Shown piece by piece: positions 11,085-21,118 of a DNA stretch of 64,000 nucleotides. This DNA is from Alphaproteobacteria bacterium (GTDB lineage Bacteria; Pseudomonadota; Alphaproteobacteria; UBA7887). A program made the position numbers and the translations under genes. The stretch is from assembly GCA_965216755.1 (NCBI GenBank), contig CBDCGL010000011.1, positions 2,528,001 to 2,592,000 of the forward strand. The letters run 5' to 3'. Under the pieces are notes generated by a model that worked only from the letters and a program-made list of their open reading frames with translations, was not told the origin of the DNA and ran no database searches. Position 1 is the first letter of the stretch; each line of letters starts with the position of its first letter.

Positions 11085-12137
11085 CTAGGGCAGAATGCGC
11101 GCCGCGCGATAACGCGCGAACTGGGCGAAGATCATTTCCGTCGAATCGATAGATTTATCAAAGCCATGGCGGCGCGCCTTGTTCATATCCGAGATGACAT
11201 CGTAGTCCTGTCTAAACATAAAGTCGGCATAGGCCCAGACCGCAACCTGGCTCAATGGCATCGGCCGCAATCCGCGCTGGCGGACAATACCGTCCCATTC
11301 CGAGTCGGCGTCGCGCATAACCTCGGCCACCGACATTGGCCGCACATCGCCGGGAACGGTGCCGAAATACGTGGCGATCCTTGGCCACAAATGGCGCCAT
11401 CGGAACAAATCGCCATTGGTGACGTTGAAGGCGTTGTTGGCACAGTCGGGCGCGCTCGCTATCCATGCCATCGCTTCAGCCATCAAATGTTCATCCGTTG
11501 CCTCGGTCAACGTCGTGAACGCGGCCTCTGGCCCCGGGAAATCCATCGCCACGCCGCGGGCCGCGCAGATCGCGGCATAGGCGCCGATCGTACTGGCTGG
11601 GCTGCGCGGGCGTCCGGGTGAAACCGCCCAGATCAAATTGGGCCGCGACGCCGACCAGGTCCAACTCCGGCCGCGTTGCCGTTCGATCAATAGATCCTCT
11701 TGGCCATAGTAGAAATTCGGCGGCTCAACACGCGGGTCGTCTTCGCGCGCGGGCGTCTTGTAGGGGCCCAAATGGACGCCGTAATATTTGCCGCCCTCGA
11801 CCAAGTGCACGTGGATCAGCCCGCGCAACGTGGCGAGCGCGGCATCGAGCACCGTGTCGAATAGCGCAACATTGGCGCCAATATCCTCCTGACCGGATTC
11901 ATCGTGCGGCGCGCGCGCGGCATAGAACACATGGGTCGCGTCAGCGTGGCGGCCAAAGGCGACACGACATGATCGGGCGTCGGAGAAATCGGCTTGTTCA
12001 TGGACACAAACTTGTTCATCGGGCGGCGACCGTGACAAGCCGACAACGTCCCAATCTTTGTGCTGAGACAAATAAACCGCGAGTGGTCGCCCGACAGTTC
12101 CGGTCACGCCCGCGATGATCGCCTTCGATCTTGCCAT
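11085..12137 (-). CDS. SDR-family NAD(P)-dependent oxidoreductase (PRISE / progesterone 5-beta-reductase-like)
   Basis: IAGVTGTVG Rossmann motif, GGKYYGVHLG, NFYYGQED and AFNVTNGD. Confidence 0.8.
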   Translation of the reverse strand: MARSKAIIAGVTGTVGRPLAVYLSQHKDWDVVGLSRSPPDEQVCVHEQADFSDARSCRVAFGRHADATHVFYAARAPHDESGQEDIGANVALFDTVLDAALATLRGLIHVHLVEGGKYYGVHLGPYKTPAREDDPRVEPPNFYYGQEDLLIERQRGRSWTWSASRPNLIWAVSPGRPRSPASTIGAYAAICAARGVAMDFPGPEAAFTTLTEATDEHLMAEAMAWIASAPDCANNAFNVTNGDLFRWRHLWPRIATYFGTVPGDVRPMSVAEVMRDADSEWDGIVRQRGLRPMPLSQVAVWAYADFMFRQDYDVISDMNKARRHGFDKSIDSTEMIFAQFARYRAARILP

Positions 12138-12261
12138 GTCGCCACCACACCCGTTGCAGGGAGCCAAGCTAAAATGCGCGTTCTGACGGAGTCAATTGGC
12201 GTTGCTGCCGGGCGGCCGACTTCTCTAATGTCACCGTCTTTGGTATGGGATATGACCGAGT

Positions 12262-13110
12262 ATGTCTGCGAACGCACAAAACTACATCGCCAATACCTAC
12301 GGCTTCACGCTAACCCACTCCGCGCATGCGTGCCTGGATGCGGTCGCCGCCCTTGGTTTTCGCGAGGTCGAATTGATGATGCATCCGGGCCATGCTTGGC
12401 CCGACGAGATGAGTCCGAAGGCGCGCCGCGATTTCGCCACCAAAATTGAAACGCTGGGTTTGAGGATTCGGTCTTTGAATATGCCCAATGTCGACCTGAA
12501 TATCGCCGCCGCCGCGGAACGGATGCGCGCCTATTCCATCGACTTTCTTTCCGACGTCCTGGCCTTGGCCGGAGATTTGGGTGTTCCCGATATGGTTTTG
12601 GGGCCGGGCAAGCCGAACCCGCTGTTGCCGGCGCCCAAACAGGATCTCATGGATCGCTTTTTCGCCGCCTTGGACATTCTGGTACCGCGCGCCAACGAAG
12701 CCGGCGTCCGCTTGATCGTCGAAAATATGCCGTTCGGCTTCCTGCCGACGGCAGATGATCTGATCGCGGCGCTCGACGCCTATGGCGATGATCGGATCGC
12801 CGTCGTCTACGATATTGCCAACGCCGTCTTCGCGCGCGAGGACCCGAACGAAGGCTTGGCCCGGGTCGGCGATCGGCTGGCGTTGGTTCATCTGTCCGAT
12901 ACGGGTTTGGACGCCTATGCCCACGCGCCCGTCGGTGCCGGCGTCGTGCCCTTTGCCGACGTCGCACAATACTTGGCGGCGTTAGACTATCGGCGTGGCC
13001 TGGTGCTTGAGATCATCTCCGATGAGCCGGAAGTTGACTTGGCAAACAGTGCCACGGCATTGGACGAAATGGGTTGGCGCACGCTGGCCCGGCGTCAAGA
13101 TCTGCAATAA
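12262..13110 (+). CDS. Sugar phosphate isomerase/epimerase family TIM-barrel protein
   Basis: Metal-binding pattern IVENMP, YDIAN, VHLSD and VLEII. Confidence 0.8.
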   Translation: MSANAQNYIANTYGFTLTHSAHACLDAVAALGFREVELMMHPGHAWPDEMSPKARRDFATKIETLGLRIRSLNMPNVDLNIAAAAERMRAYSIDFLSDVLALAGDLGVPDMVLGPGKPNPLLPAPKQDLMDRFFAALDILVPRANEAGVRLIVENMPFGFLPTADDLIAALDAYGDDRIAVVYDIANAVFAREDPNEGLARVGDRLALVHLSDTGLDAYAHAPVGAGVVPFADVAQYLAALDYRRGLVLEIISDEPEVDLANSATALDEMGWRTLARRQDLQ

Positions 13111-13115
13111 GTCGA

Positions 13116-14606
13116 ATGACTGAGTTCACGTCGGATGTGATCGTCGTCGGCGCCGGCAATGCAGCATTTTGTGCGGCCTTGGCGGCGCGTGAACATGGCG
13201 CGTCGGTGACCATGTTGGAATGCGCACCGGAGGATGAATCCGGTGGCAATACGCGCTTTACCGCCGGTGCTATTCGATGCGTCTATGACGGCGTCGACGA
13301 CTTGCGCATCCTGATGCCCGACCTGACCGATGACGAGGTCGCCAATACGGATTTTGGCAGCTACACCGAGGATCAGTTCTTCGATGATATGGGACGGGTC
13401 ACGGAATATCGCACCGACCCCGACATGGTCGAATTGTTGGTCCGGCGCAGCCGGCCAACCATGCGATGGATGCGCGAAAGAGGCGTTCGTTTTGCGCCGA
13501 TCTATGGCCGCCAGGCATTCAAGGTCGACGGCCGCTTCAAGTTCTGGGGCGGTCTGACAGTAGAAGCCTGGGGCGGCGGTCCCGGACTACTGGATGCGTT
13601 AACGGCGGCCGCAGCCAAAAGCGATATTGACGTCCGTTATCAAACACGGGCCATCTCTTTGTTGCACAATGACGATGGCGTGTACGGCGTACGCACACGC
13701 CATGACGGGCGCAGTAGCGATTTGCACGCACGTGCGGTGATCTTGGCGGCCGGCGGGTTCGAGGCCAATTCGGAATGGCGCACCCGCTATTTGGGCCCTG
13801 GCTGGGATCTTGCCAAGGTCCGTGGCAGCCGCTTCAACACCGGCGAAGGCATCCGCATGGCGCTGGATATCGGCGCCATGCCCTTCGGCAACTGGTCGGG
13901 TTGTCACGCGGTCGGTTGGGATCGCAATGCGCCGGAGTTTGGCGATCTGGCGGTTGGCGATGCGTTCCAAAAACACAGTTACCCATTCAGTGTCATGATC
14001 AATGCCGACGGCAACCGTTTTGTTGACGAAGGCGCCGATTTCCGGAATTACACTTATGCCAAGTATGGTCGGGTGATCTTGCAGCAACCGGGGCAATTCG
14101 CCTGGCAAATATTTGACAGCAAGGTGCTGCATTTGTTGCGTGACGAATACCGGATCCGCCAAGTCACCAAATTGCGCGCCGACACATTGGAAGACCTGGT
14201 CGACAAATTGGACGATGTCGACCCCGCGCACGCTTTGGCGACACTCACCGCATACAACGACTCGGTGAACACCGATGTGCCGTTCGACCCAAACGTCAAA
14301 GATGGCCGCGGCACCGAAGGCCTTGCCATTCCAAAATCCAACTGGGCCAACCGCATCGACACGCCGCCCTTCGAAGCTTACGCCGTCACTTGTGGTGTCA
14401 CGTTCACGTTCGGTGGCTTGCGCGTCGATACCAGCGCGCGGGTGCTCGACCGCGACCTGGCGCCCATCCACGGTCTTTACGCCGCCGGCGAATTGCTTGG
14501 CGGCCTGTTCTATTTCAACTATCCCGGCGGTACCGGGCTGATGGCCGGCGCCGTGTTTGGCAAGATCGCCGGCGATGCTGCGGGCGGCGCCGTCGCGGCA
14601 AGATGA
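13116..14606 (+). CDS. FAD-dependent oxidoreductase, tricarballylate dehydrogenase TcuA-like
   Basis: VIVVGAGNAAFCAALAARE, GGNTRFTAG, RFVDEGADFRNYTYAKYG and YPGGTGLMAGAVFG. Confidence 0.82.
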   Translation: MTEFTSDVIVVGAGNAAFCAALAAREHGASVTMLECAPEDESGGNTRFTAGAIRCVYDGVDDLRILMPDLTDDEVANTDFGSYTEDQFFDDMGRVTEYRTDPDMVELLVRRSRPTMRWMRERGVRFAPIYGRQAFKVDGRFKFWGGLTVEAWGGGPGLLDALTAAAAKSDIDVRYQTRAISLLHNDDGVYGVRTRHDGRSSDLHARAVILAAGGFEANSEWRTRYLGPGWDLAKVRGSRFNTGEGIRMALDIGAMPFGNWSGCHAVGWDRNAPEFGDLAVGDAFQKHSYPFSVMINADGNRFVDEGADFRNYTYAKYGRVILQQPGQFAWQIFDSKVLHLLRDEYRIRQVTKLRADTLEDLVDKLDDVDPAHALATLTAYNDSVNTDVPFDPNVKDGRGTEGLAIPKSNWANRIDTPPFEAYAVTCGVTFTFGGLRVDTSARVLDRDLAPIHGLYAAGELLGGLFYFNYPGGTGLMAGAVFGKIAGDAAGGAVAAR

Positions 14607-16126
14607 CCAGCACCGAAACGTTCGATGTGATTGTCGTCGGCGGCGGTGGTTCGGGGCTCGCGGCGGCCATTGAAGCGGCAAGCATTGGCCGCTCGGTGTG
14701 TCTGTTGGAAAAGAACCCGGCGCTGGGCGGCACCACGGCCTGGTCGGTGGGATCGGTGACCGCGACCAACACACCCCATCAGATCCGGGCCGGCGTTCGG
14801 GATCGGCCACAAGATCATTTCGCCGACATGCCCGGCTTCACCGCCCAATATCCCGACCGTGATAACGAAACACTGCGGCGCGTACTCACCAACAACATGC
14901 CGGAGACGTTTCGGTGGCTGCGATCCCTGGGCCTGGTGTTCTTTGGCCCCATGCCGGAACCACCCCACCGCAAGCCGCGCATGCACAACGTGCTGCCAAA
15001 TTCGCGCGCTTATATCCATCACCTATCGCGCCGCGCCCACCGTCTGGGCGTGCGCGTGCAACTGAACGCCCCGGTGCGGGATTTGGTGACCGACGACGGC
15101 CGCGTGACTGGTGTTGATGTCACGAACGGCGGCGCGCCACGACGGTTTATCAGCCGCGGTGGCATCGTGATTGCCAGCGGTGATTTCAGCGGCAGTGCCG
15201 ACTTGAAACGCAGGTTTGTGTCGGACGCCTACGCCAATATCGAGCCGATTGTTGAGACCAGCACGGGCGATGGCCAGCGCATGGCGGAAAAGGTCGGCGC
15301 GCGCATCGTCAATGGCGATATCGTCACGGGCCCCGAAATCCGGTTTGGACCGCCAACGCACATGACGCTGGTGCGCGCCCTGCCGCCTTGGACTTGGCTG
15401 GCCCATTTCGTCGCCTGGTCGATCAAATATATGCCACAGCCCCTGCTGCGCCCCTTCGTCATGGGGTTTCTGACCACGGCATTGGCGCCATCTCCCAATC
15501 TGTTTCACGAAGGTGCCATATTGGTCAATCGCTTCGGTGCGCGTTTCACCGACGAACGCGACCAACCGGCGAAGGCGCTGCCCGACCAGCCCGATCGGGT
15601 CGGCTATATCATTCTTGACAAAAAATTAGCGGACAAATTTTCGGCATGGCCACACTTTATTTCAACGGCGCCTGGCATCGCCTATGCCTATCTGGCGGAC
15701 TATCGGCGCAGCCGTAAAGACGTCTTCCACAGTGCGCCGACCATCGAAGGTTTGGCGGCGTCGATCGGCGTGCCCGCCGACACATTGGCCAAAACGCTCG
15801 CCGATCACAATGGCAATGTCGATCGCGATGGCGCAACGGCCGGCAACATGCCGCCGCGTCCGGCGCTTGATCAACCGCCCTATGTCGCCTTGGGCCCCAT
15901 GAAAAGCTTCATCGTGTTTACCGAAGGCGGCCTGGCCGTGAATGAAAACCTGCAAGTGCTGGGCGCGGATGACGCACCCATTCCCGGCCTGTATGCCGCC
16001 GGCTCGGCGGGCCAAGGTGGTCTGTTGCTGGAAGGCCACGGCCATCATCTCGGCTGGGGCTTCACATCGGGCCGCATCGCCGGCCGCAACGCCGCCTATG
16101 AAGTGACCAGCGAAGATCTAGAATAG
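14603..16126 (+). CDS. FAD-binding oxidoreductase (fumarate reductase / 3-ketosteroid dehydrogenase flavoprotein family)
   Basis: VVGGGGSGL, GGTTAWSVG, STGDG, TEGGLAVN and IPGLYAAG; ATGA overlap with the upstream gene. Confidence 0.82.
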   Translation: MTSTETFDVIVVGGGGSGLAAAIEAASIGRSVCLLEKNPALGGTTAWSVGSVTATNTPHQIRAGVRDRPQDHFADMPGFTAQYPDRDNETLRRVLTNNMPETFRWLRSLGLVFFGPMPEPPHRKPRMHNVLPNSRAYIHHLSRRAHRLGVRVQLNAPVRDLVTDDGRVTGVDVTNGGAPRRFISRGGIVIASGDFSGSADLKRRFVSDAYANIEPIVETSTGDGQRMAEKVGARIVNGDIVTGPEIRFGPPTHMTLVRALPPWTWLAHFVAWSIKYMPQPLLRPFVMGFLTTALAPSPNLFHEGAILVNRFGARFTDERDQPAKALPDQPDRVGYIILDKKLADKFSAWPHFISTAPGIAYAYLADYRRSRKDVFHSAPTIEGLAASIGVPADTLAKTLADHNGNVDRDGATAGNMPPRPALDQPPYVALGPMKSFIVFTEGGLAVNENLQVLGADDAPIPGLYAAGSAGQGGLLLEGHGHHLGWGFTSGRIAGRNAAYEVTSEDLE

Positions 16127-16397
16127 ACTTTCCCACTTGTCACCCGAGCGGGTGACAGACATCTTTGTATCTTACAACTTACAAGAATTTAGCACTTTAG
16201 CCGGCTCCCCCACTATTTATCAAACAACCGGGAAGCCGTAACCAAAAAAACACGCATTGAGGATAGTTCGTCAAATTCAATTGACGCAATGAGAATAGTT
16301 GTCATTAAATATTCTACTTTTGCGAGATTTTTCTCATAAGCACTCGCCACACGCGTTAAACACCTGATGCCTCCAATTCATGCTGAGGAGCTATGCA

Positions 16398-18254
16398 ATG
16401 AGATATCGTAAGTTTGGCTCGCGCATCATGCCTATCGTGGGCCTTGTCAGTTTGGGGTTTCAATCAGCCGAAGCGCAATCACCAGAAGATTTTCCGGTGT
16501 TCGATGTTCCGGAGCAAGCGGCCCCAGCGCAACCCGAGTACATCCCGGGGCGCATTGTGGTCAAATATCGTGACACCAATGGCATCGAGGCTTTGAGCGC
16601 TCAGGATGCTAGCGCGCTGGGACTGGATGCGACACCCATCCGGCAAACGTCGGGTGGCGAGACGATCTATCAACTTGATCAGCGTACGCATGCGGAATTG
16701 CAAGCTTTGTCGAGCGAGGCTTTGCGATCGCGAGTTGTCGAAATCATTGCCACGCTCAACGAGCGCGACGATGTCGAATATGCCGTTCGTGATGTTGTCG
16801 GGCGACACTACGCGCCACCTGCCGATCCATTCTTCGATTTGCAGTGGCATTTTGGACCAGCAGATCCGGCCACGGGCGGCATCGATATGGAGGCGGCCTG
16901 GGATCGAACAACGGGAAACAAAAAAATTACAATCGCCGTTCTAGACACAGGCCTCGTCGCGGAACACCCCGATATCTCCGTTCCCACCGGCGGCATAGTT
17001 GGCAGGGATTTCATTAGCGACCCGACGCGAGCCAACGACGGTGACGGTCGCGACGACGACCCTACTGACCCAGGCGATGCCTGCAATACGACAGACAAAA
17101 ATTCTTGGCATGGCACTCATGTGGCCGGAACGGTTGGTGTCGGTATCAGCGACAACGATCTTGGGCTAGCAGGCATTAATTGGCTGTCAAACGTCATCTC
17201 TGTCCGTGTCCTCGGCCGATGCGGGGGCGCTTTTTCGGATATCAACGATGCCATCCGGTGGGCCGCGGGAATCGAGGTCGACGATCACGTCAATCCGAAT
17301 CCAGCACAGGTCATAAACATGAGCCTCGGCGCGGCGGTCCGCTGTTCAGATCGGCCAGACATGCAGGAAGCCATAAACAACGCCGTCGACGCCGGTGCTC
17401 TGGTTGTCGTTGCCGCGGGAAATGAAAGCAGCAATGTGGCGCATTTCAGCCCGGCTGGTTGTGAAAATGTCCTGACCGTCGCGGCGAGTGACTTTCGTGG
17501 CCATCTGGTGGAACGTTATTCAAACTTCGGTGACGGGGTTGATATTTTGGCACCGGGCGGTGACGTGACGCGTGACGACAACAGCGACAATTTTGCCGAC
17601 GGCGTCCTGAGTTACGGCAATCCAGCCGACAGTGAAAGCGGCGCATACGTGTTCAAGAATGGGACATCAATGGCCGCGCCGCACGTCGCCGGCGTCGCAG
17701 CATTATTGCTTTCCCAGAACCCGGGTCTTACTGCCCAACAGGTCGAAGCTCTGCTGATTGCAAATGCACGACCACGCACACCAGTGCAATGTCCACAACC
17801 GTGCGGCGCAGGCCTGCTGAACGCAGACATTGACGTGAACGCGGCACCCAGTTCGCCAGGTTCGGATGCCCTGCCAGCCATCGCACAAGCTGAGGACACG
17901 GTGGACTTTGGAGATGTCCGCGAATTCACGAATGACCCCCAGATCGCGACCACGACGAACCAAGGGGCCGTCACACCTAGCGCCTTGTCGGGCCGGGGAT
18001 TCACATACCGACATGATTGGGGGGATAAAAATGGGCAGTGGAAGCTGACCCTGAATTGGCCCCAAATACAGGCAAGCTCACGTGTATTCGCCGCTGCAGG
18101 GGAATGTCGGGCCGGCGGTGGGAATCTCATGGGGGCCGCCCGTTACACGGTCCACAATGTAGTGCCAAAGCGCAATGGCATCGGTGTTTGGCTAAATATC
18201 GAATGGCGCGAACCCATTCGTGTTTGCGTCGACTATTTCGTTGTCAACCCATAG
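16398..18254 (+). CDS. Exported S8 (subtilisin-family) serine protease with an unrecognised C-terminal domain
   Basis: Catalytic triad motifs AVLDTG, WHGTHVAG and GTSMAAPHVAG; oxyanion VAAGN; signal peptide; GAGGAG RBS. Confidence 0.92.
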   Translation: MRYRKFGSRIMPIVGLVSLGFQSAEAQSPEDFPVFDVPEQAAPAQPEYIPGRIVVKYRDTNGIEALSAQDASALGLDATPIRQTSGGETIYQLDQRTHAELQALSSEALRSRVVEIIATLNERDDVEYAVRDVVGRHYAPPADPFFDLQWHFGPADPATGGIDMEAAWDRTTGNKKITIAVLDTGLVAEHPDISVPTGGIVGRDFISDPTRANDGDGRDDDPTDPGDACNTTDKNSWHGTHVAGTVGVGISDNDLGLAGINWLSNVISVRVLGRCGGAFSDINDAIRWAAGIEVDDHVNPNPAQVINMSLGAAVRCSDRPDMQEAINNAVDAGALVVVAAGNESSNVAHFSPAGCENVLTVAASDFRGHLVERYSNFGDGVDILAPGGDVTRDDNSDNFADGVLSYGNPADSESGAYVFKNGTSMAAPHVAGVAALLLSQNPGLTAQQVEALLIANARPRTPVQCPQPCGAGLLNADIDVNAAPSSPGSDALPAIAQAEDTVDFGDVREFTNDPQIATTTNQGAVTPSALSGRGFTYRHDWGDKNGQWKLTLNWPQIQASSRVFAAAGECRAGGGNLMGAARYTVHNVVPKRNGIGVWLNIEWREPIRVCVDYFVVNP

Positions 18255-18384
18255 CCCACAAACTAAGAAAAAGGTGCCGTGCCCGACACGTCGTGTATGC
18301 ACCCTGAACGACAGGGCACGGTATCTTCGGTTTCGCGAGTACTACAACAGCGAGCGATTGCAACTCCAAAGGGAAGAGACAAAC

Positions 18385-18897
18385 ATGAACGCGAGATCTG
18401 GTCTACAAGGAGCTCTCTTGGCGGTTCTGTGCGGCGGATGTACCGCAGACCTGATGGTCTATGACAACGCCGGCGCATTAGCCAAGGGTGTTCCCTTTCG
18501 CACGGCCGAAGTCTATGTTGCGGAGGGCTACTTAACAGCGCATTCGACAGGCGGCACATGCAATGAGAAAACTCGGTACCAAAAATTCGTCTCACTTCCG
18601 TTAGGTGACCAATATTTCGCGCATATCGAAACTGGTGAATGGACCGGATCCGAATTCTCAATCAGTTACAACGACAACGGTGGGCTGAAAGAGGTATCCT
18701 TAAACTCTGAGCCAAAGTTTGCCGATAACCTCGGAGCAATCACGGATTTCGTAAGCAAGGCGGTACCAGCCCTGGTGCCAACTCCAGCCGCAGGCACAGC
18801 CGAAACAGCCTTGCGTGACGATCGAGCGTGCGACCGTGGCGAAAGCTTGCAAATACTAACCAAGTTAAGTGAATGGACAACATGGCCCCCAGACTAG
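18385..18897 (+). CDS. Hypothetical lipoprotein
   Basis: Lipobox-like LLAVLCGGC after a short signal sequence; purine-rich RBS. Confidence 0.6.
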   Translation: MNARSGLQGALLAVLCGGCTADLMVYDNAGALAKGVPFRTAEVYVAEGYLTAHSTGGTCNEKTRYQKFVSLPLGDQYFAHIETGEWTGSEFSISYNDNGGLKEVSLNSEPKFADNLGAITDFVSKAVPALVPTPAAGTAETALRDDRACDRGESLQILTKLSEWTTWPPD

Positions 18898-19036
18898 TGT
18901 TTTTCACCAGCGAGATTGATTGGTTGCGAGGGGGCGAGCTTTTTGATTCTCTGCGTCCGGATCGGATGCGGGGGTATCATTATGGCGAACATCAAATACG
19001 TGGTTGACGGCAACATCGTTGGAAAATGTGACAGAC

Positions 19037-19852
19037 CTAGCCTGACTTTGTCGCCAAAAAGGTGATCTCTTGGAGCGGTAGCTGCACGGGCGCGGGACCG
19101 AACGTGTCCTCCAGCGCCATCGCCACACCGGCGATCAATGCCACCGGATCGGCGCGTTCGCGGATTTCCAGGATGCTCGGATTGCCTTCGACAAAACCAC
19201 GCGCGACATGGTGGGGATCCGGCCGGACCACCGTTTCCGAAACAATGTGAATATCGATGTGGCGAAATCCCGCGCCCTGCAAATCGTCGCGGATCGGATC
19301 GATTTGGTAATAGCCAAATGGGGTTTCGAGAAAACGCGGCGGGTCGGTTTCGAAAAAACCGCCGATCGTGTTGTGCACCAGCGCCACCACCGGATTGTTG
19401 GCGAACGAGTCCCAAACGTTGAACGCCGCCAACCCACCGGGTTTCAACACCCGCGCCATTTCGCTGTAGCCCCTCGCCTTGTCGGGATAGAACATCACGC
19501 CGAATTGGCAAACAACCGCGTCGAAGCTGTTGTCTTCAAACGGCAAGTCGGTACCGTCGGCGGTGCCGAAGCTAACCCCCGCCAAGCCGCCATGTTTGGC
19601 CTTGGCGAAATCGATCATGGCGTCTTGCAAATCGGTGGCCATAATCGTGGTCGCCGCAGGTAATGCCCGGCGCAAATGTGCGGTGGACAAGCCGGTGCCG
19701 CAGGCGATCTCCAGAACACGCGCGCCCGGGCTCAGCCCGGCCGCGACCCGCTCCGCCAAATCGGCACCGGAGAAATCGAACAAGACCGGCCCCAAATGGG
19801 CGTCATAGATTTCGGGAATCGAGCCGACAAACTGCGCGTGCGTGCTGGACAT
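19037..19852 (-). CDS. Class I SAM-dependent methyltransferase (UbiE-like)
   Basis: VLEIACGTG, LPFEDNSFDAVVCQFGVMF and RVLKPGG. Confidence 0.88.
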   Translation of the reverse strand: MSSTHAQFVGSIPEIYDAHLGPVLFDFSGADLAERVAAGLSPGARVLEIACGTGLSTAHLRRALPAATTIMATDLQDAMIDFAKAKHGGLAGVSFGTADGTDLPFEDNSFDAVVCQFGVMFYPDKARGYSEMARVLKPGGLAAFNVWDSFANNPVVALVHNTIGGFFETDPPRFLETPFGYYQIDPIRDDLQGAGFRHIDIHIVSETVVRPDPHHVARGFVEGNPSILEIRERADPVALIAGVAMALEDTFGPAPVQLPLQEITFLATKSG

Positions 19853-19925
19853 GATCTGTGCTCCCAAAGGTCGGATCCCAGTCTACACTGAGATCGGATT
19901 CCGATGCATCGAAGGAGAACACCAC

Positions 19926-20222
19926 ATGGCCGCATTGATCGTCGTCCTGCTACGCGTTACCGACCGCGACCGGTTCGCGCAATATGGCGCCCAGGTTGGC
20001 GCGACCTTGAAACCGTTTAACGGTCAGCTGGTCGCGGCGGAAGACCCGGCGGAGGTGTTGGAAGGCGAACCGCCCTATCCGCGTGTGGTCGTGCTGCGCT
20101 TTCGGTCGAAAGACGACGCCCGTGCTTGGATGGCGAGCCCCGCGTACAAAAAGGCGGAAATCGACCGGCAGGCGGGGTCGGAAAGCGTGTTTTATTTGCT
20201 CGACGAGAGGCCGCCAGGCTGA
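19926..20222 (+). CDS. DUF1330 domain protein
   Basis: EVLEGEPPYPRVVVLRFRSKDDARAWMASPAY pattern; GAAGGAG RBS. Confidence 0.8.
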   Translation: MAALIVVLLRVTDRDRFAQYGAQVGATLKPFNGQLVAAEDPAEVLEGEPPYPRVVVLRFRSKDDARAWMASPAYKKAEIDRQAGSESVFYLLDERPPG

Positions 20223-20243
20223 GCGGCGCCAATAGCGCCGCTC
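20221..20243. terminator. Hairpin between convergent genes
   Basis: 9-bp stem GAGCGGCGC / GCGCCGCTC with a 5-nt loop; no clear U tract. Confidence 0.35.
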
Positions 20244-20268
20244 CCGCGTCCGCAATCTGTGACCAAAC

Positions 20269-20478
20269 TTACGACTTCGATGCGACCTCAAAAGTAATCT
20301 TGCAGGTCACCCGATATCGGTCGATCTGGCCGTTTTTCACGGTCGCGCTCTGATCCTGAACCCATACCGACTTGATATTCTTGACGGTCGCGGCGGCTTC
20401 CTCCACCGCTGCTTCGGTCGCGGCCTCCCAGCTTTTTTTCGATTGCCCCATGATTTCGATGATTTTCAAGACCGACAT
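20269..20478 (-). CDS. Dodecin family flavin-binding protein
   Basis: KIIEIMGQSKKSWEAA...YRVTCKITFEV; 69 aa; AGGAGG RBS. Confidence 0.9.
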   Translation of the reverse strand: MSVLKIIEIMGQSKKSWEAATEAAVEEAAATVKNIKSVWVQDQSATVKNGQIDRYRVTCKITFEVASKS

Positions 20479-20629
20479 AGCATCCTCCTGAGTGTTTTGC
20501 GGCCAAACGCGACCCGCCGCCGCGCGCGGCTTATTGGACCGTGATTATCGCCCCCCGCGCCGACCGTTTGAATGTCCTTTTTTGCGCCGCACCACATGTG
20601 ACAGCCGTTTGCCCGCCTCCTGAGCTTTT

Positions 20630-21118
20630 TCAGCGTCCCGACAGCGCCTTTTTGAACACCACCACCGCGCCGCGCAGAGATTGGCTGGTGCCGATCGGGG
20701 TCCAGCCGCGGCGGCGAAGCAAGCCTTCGGCCGTGTCGGTCGAGACATAGAGTGCGGGGAAGCCGAGCTGGCGCGCCTCGGCCTCGATCGCGGCGATCAG
20801 CGCCGTGCCGACCCCTTGGCCGCGAAACTGTGCGCCAACCAGCAAGGCCGCAAGCCACGGGCCGGGAGCCAGATCACTGCCGACTGAGTCTGCTTTGAGG
20901 GCCGCCGTGCCCATGACCCCGCGCCCGCCATTCAGCGCCACCAAACATAACGGCAGACGATCGCGGTGCGCGCACGCGTCGAGATCGGCCCGCGCGTCGC
21001 CGGGGCCTGTCGTACCGTAATGCGGTTCCCATTGGTCAACAAACCATTGCGCCAGTACCGGTTTGGCATCTGGAACATCGATCAAATGAACGATTCGTGT
21101 GTTGGGCGGCAGACTCAA
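20630..21118 (-). CDS. GNAT family N-acetyltransferase
   Basis: PWLAALLV...FRGQGVGTALI acetyl-CoA binding motif. Confidence 0.85.
   Translation of the reverse strand: MSLPPNTRIVHLIDVPDAKPVLAQWFVDQWEPHYGTTGPGDARADLDACAHRDRLPLCLVALNGGRGVMGTAALKADSVGSDLAPGPWLAALLVGAQFRGQGVGTALIAAIEAEARQLGFPALYVSTDTAEGLLRRRGWTPIGTSQSLRGAVVVFKKALSGR

Noticed and set aside
16152-19037. GTGACAGAC direct repeats flanking the protease insert as att sites
   Set aside because: Only 9 bp, the same 9-mer also occurs at the pepN start, and no integrase or tRNA is present
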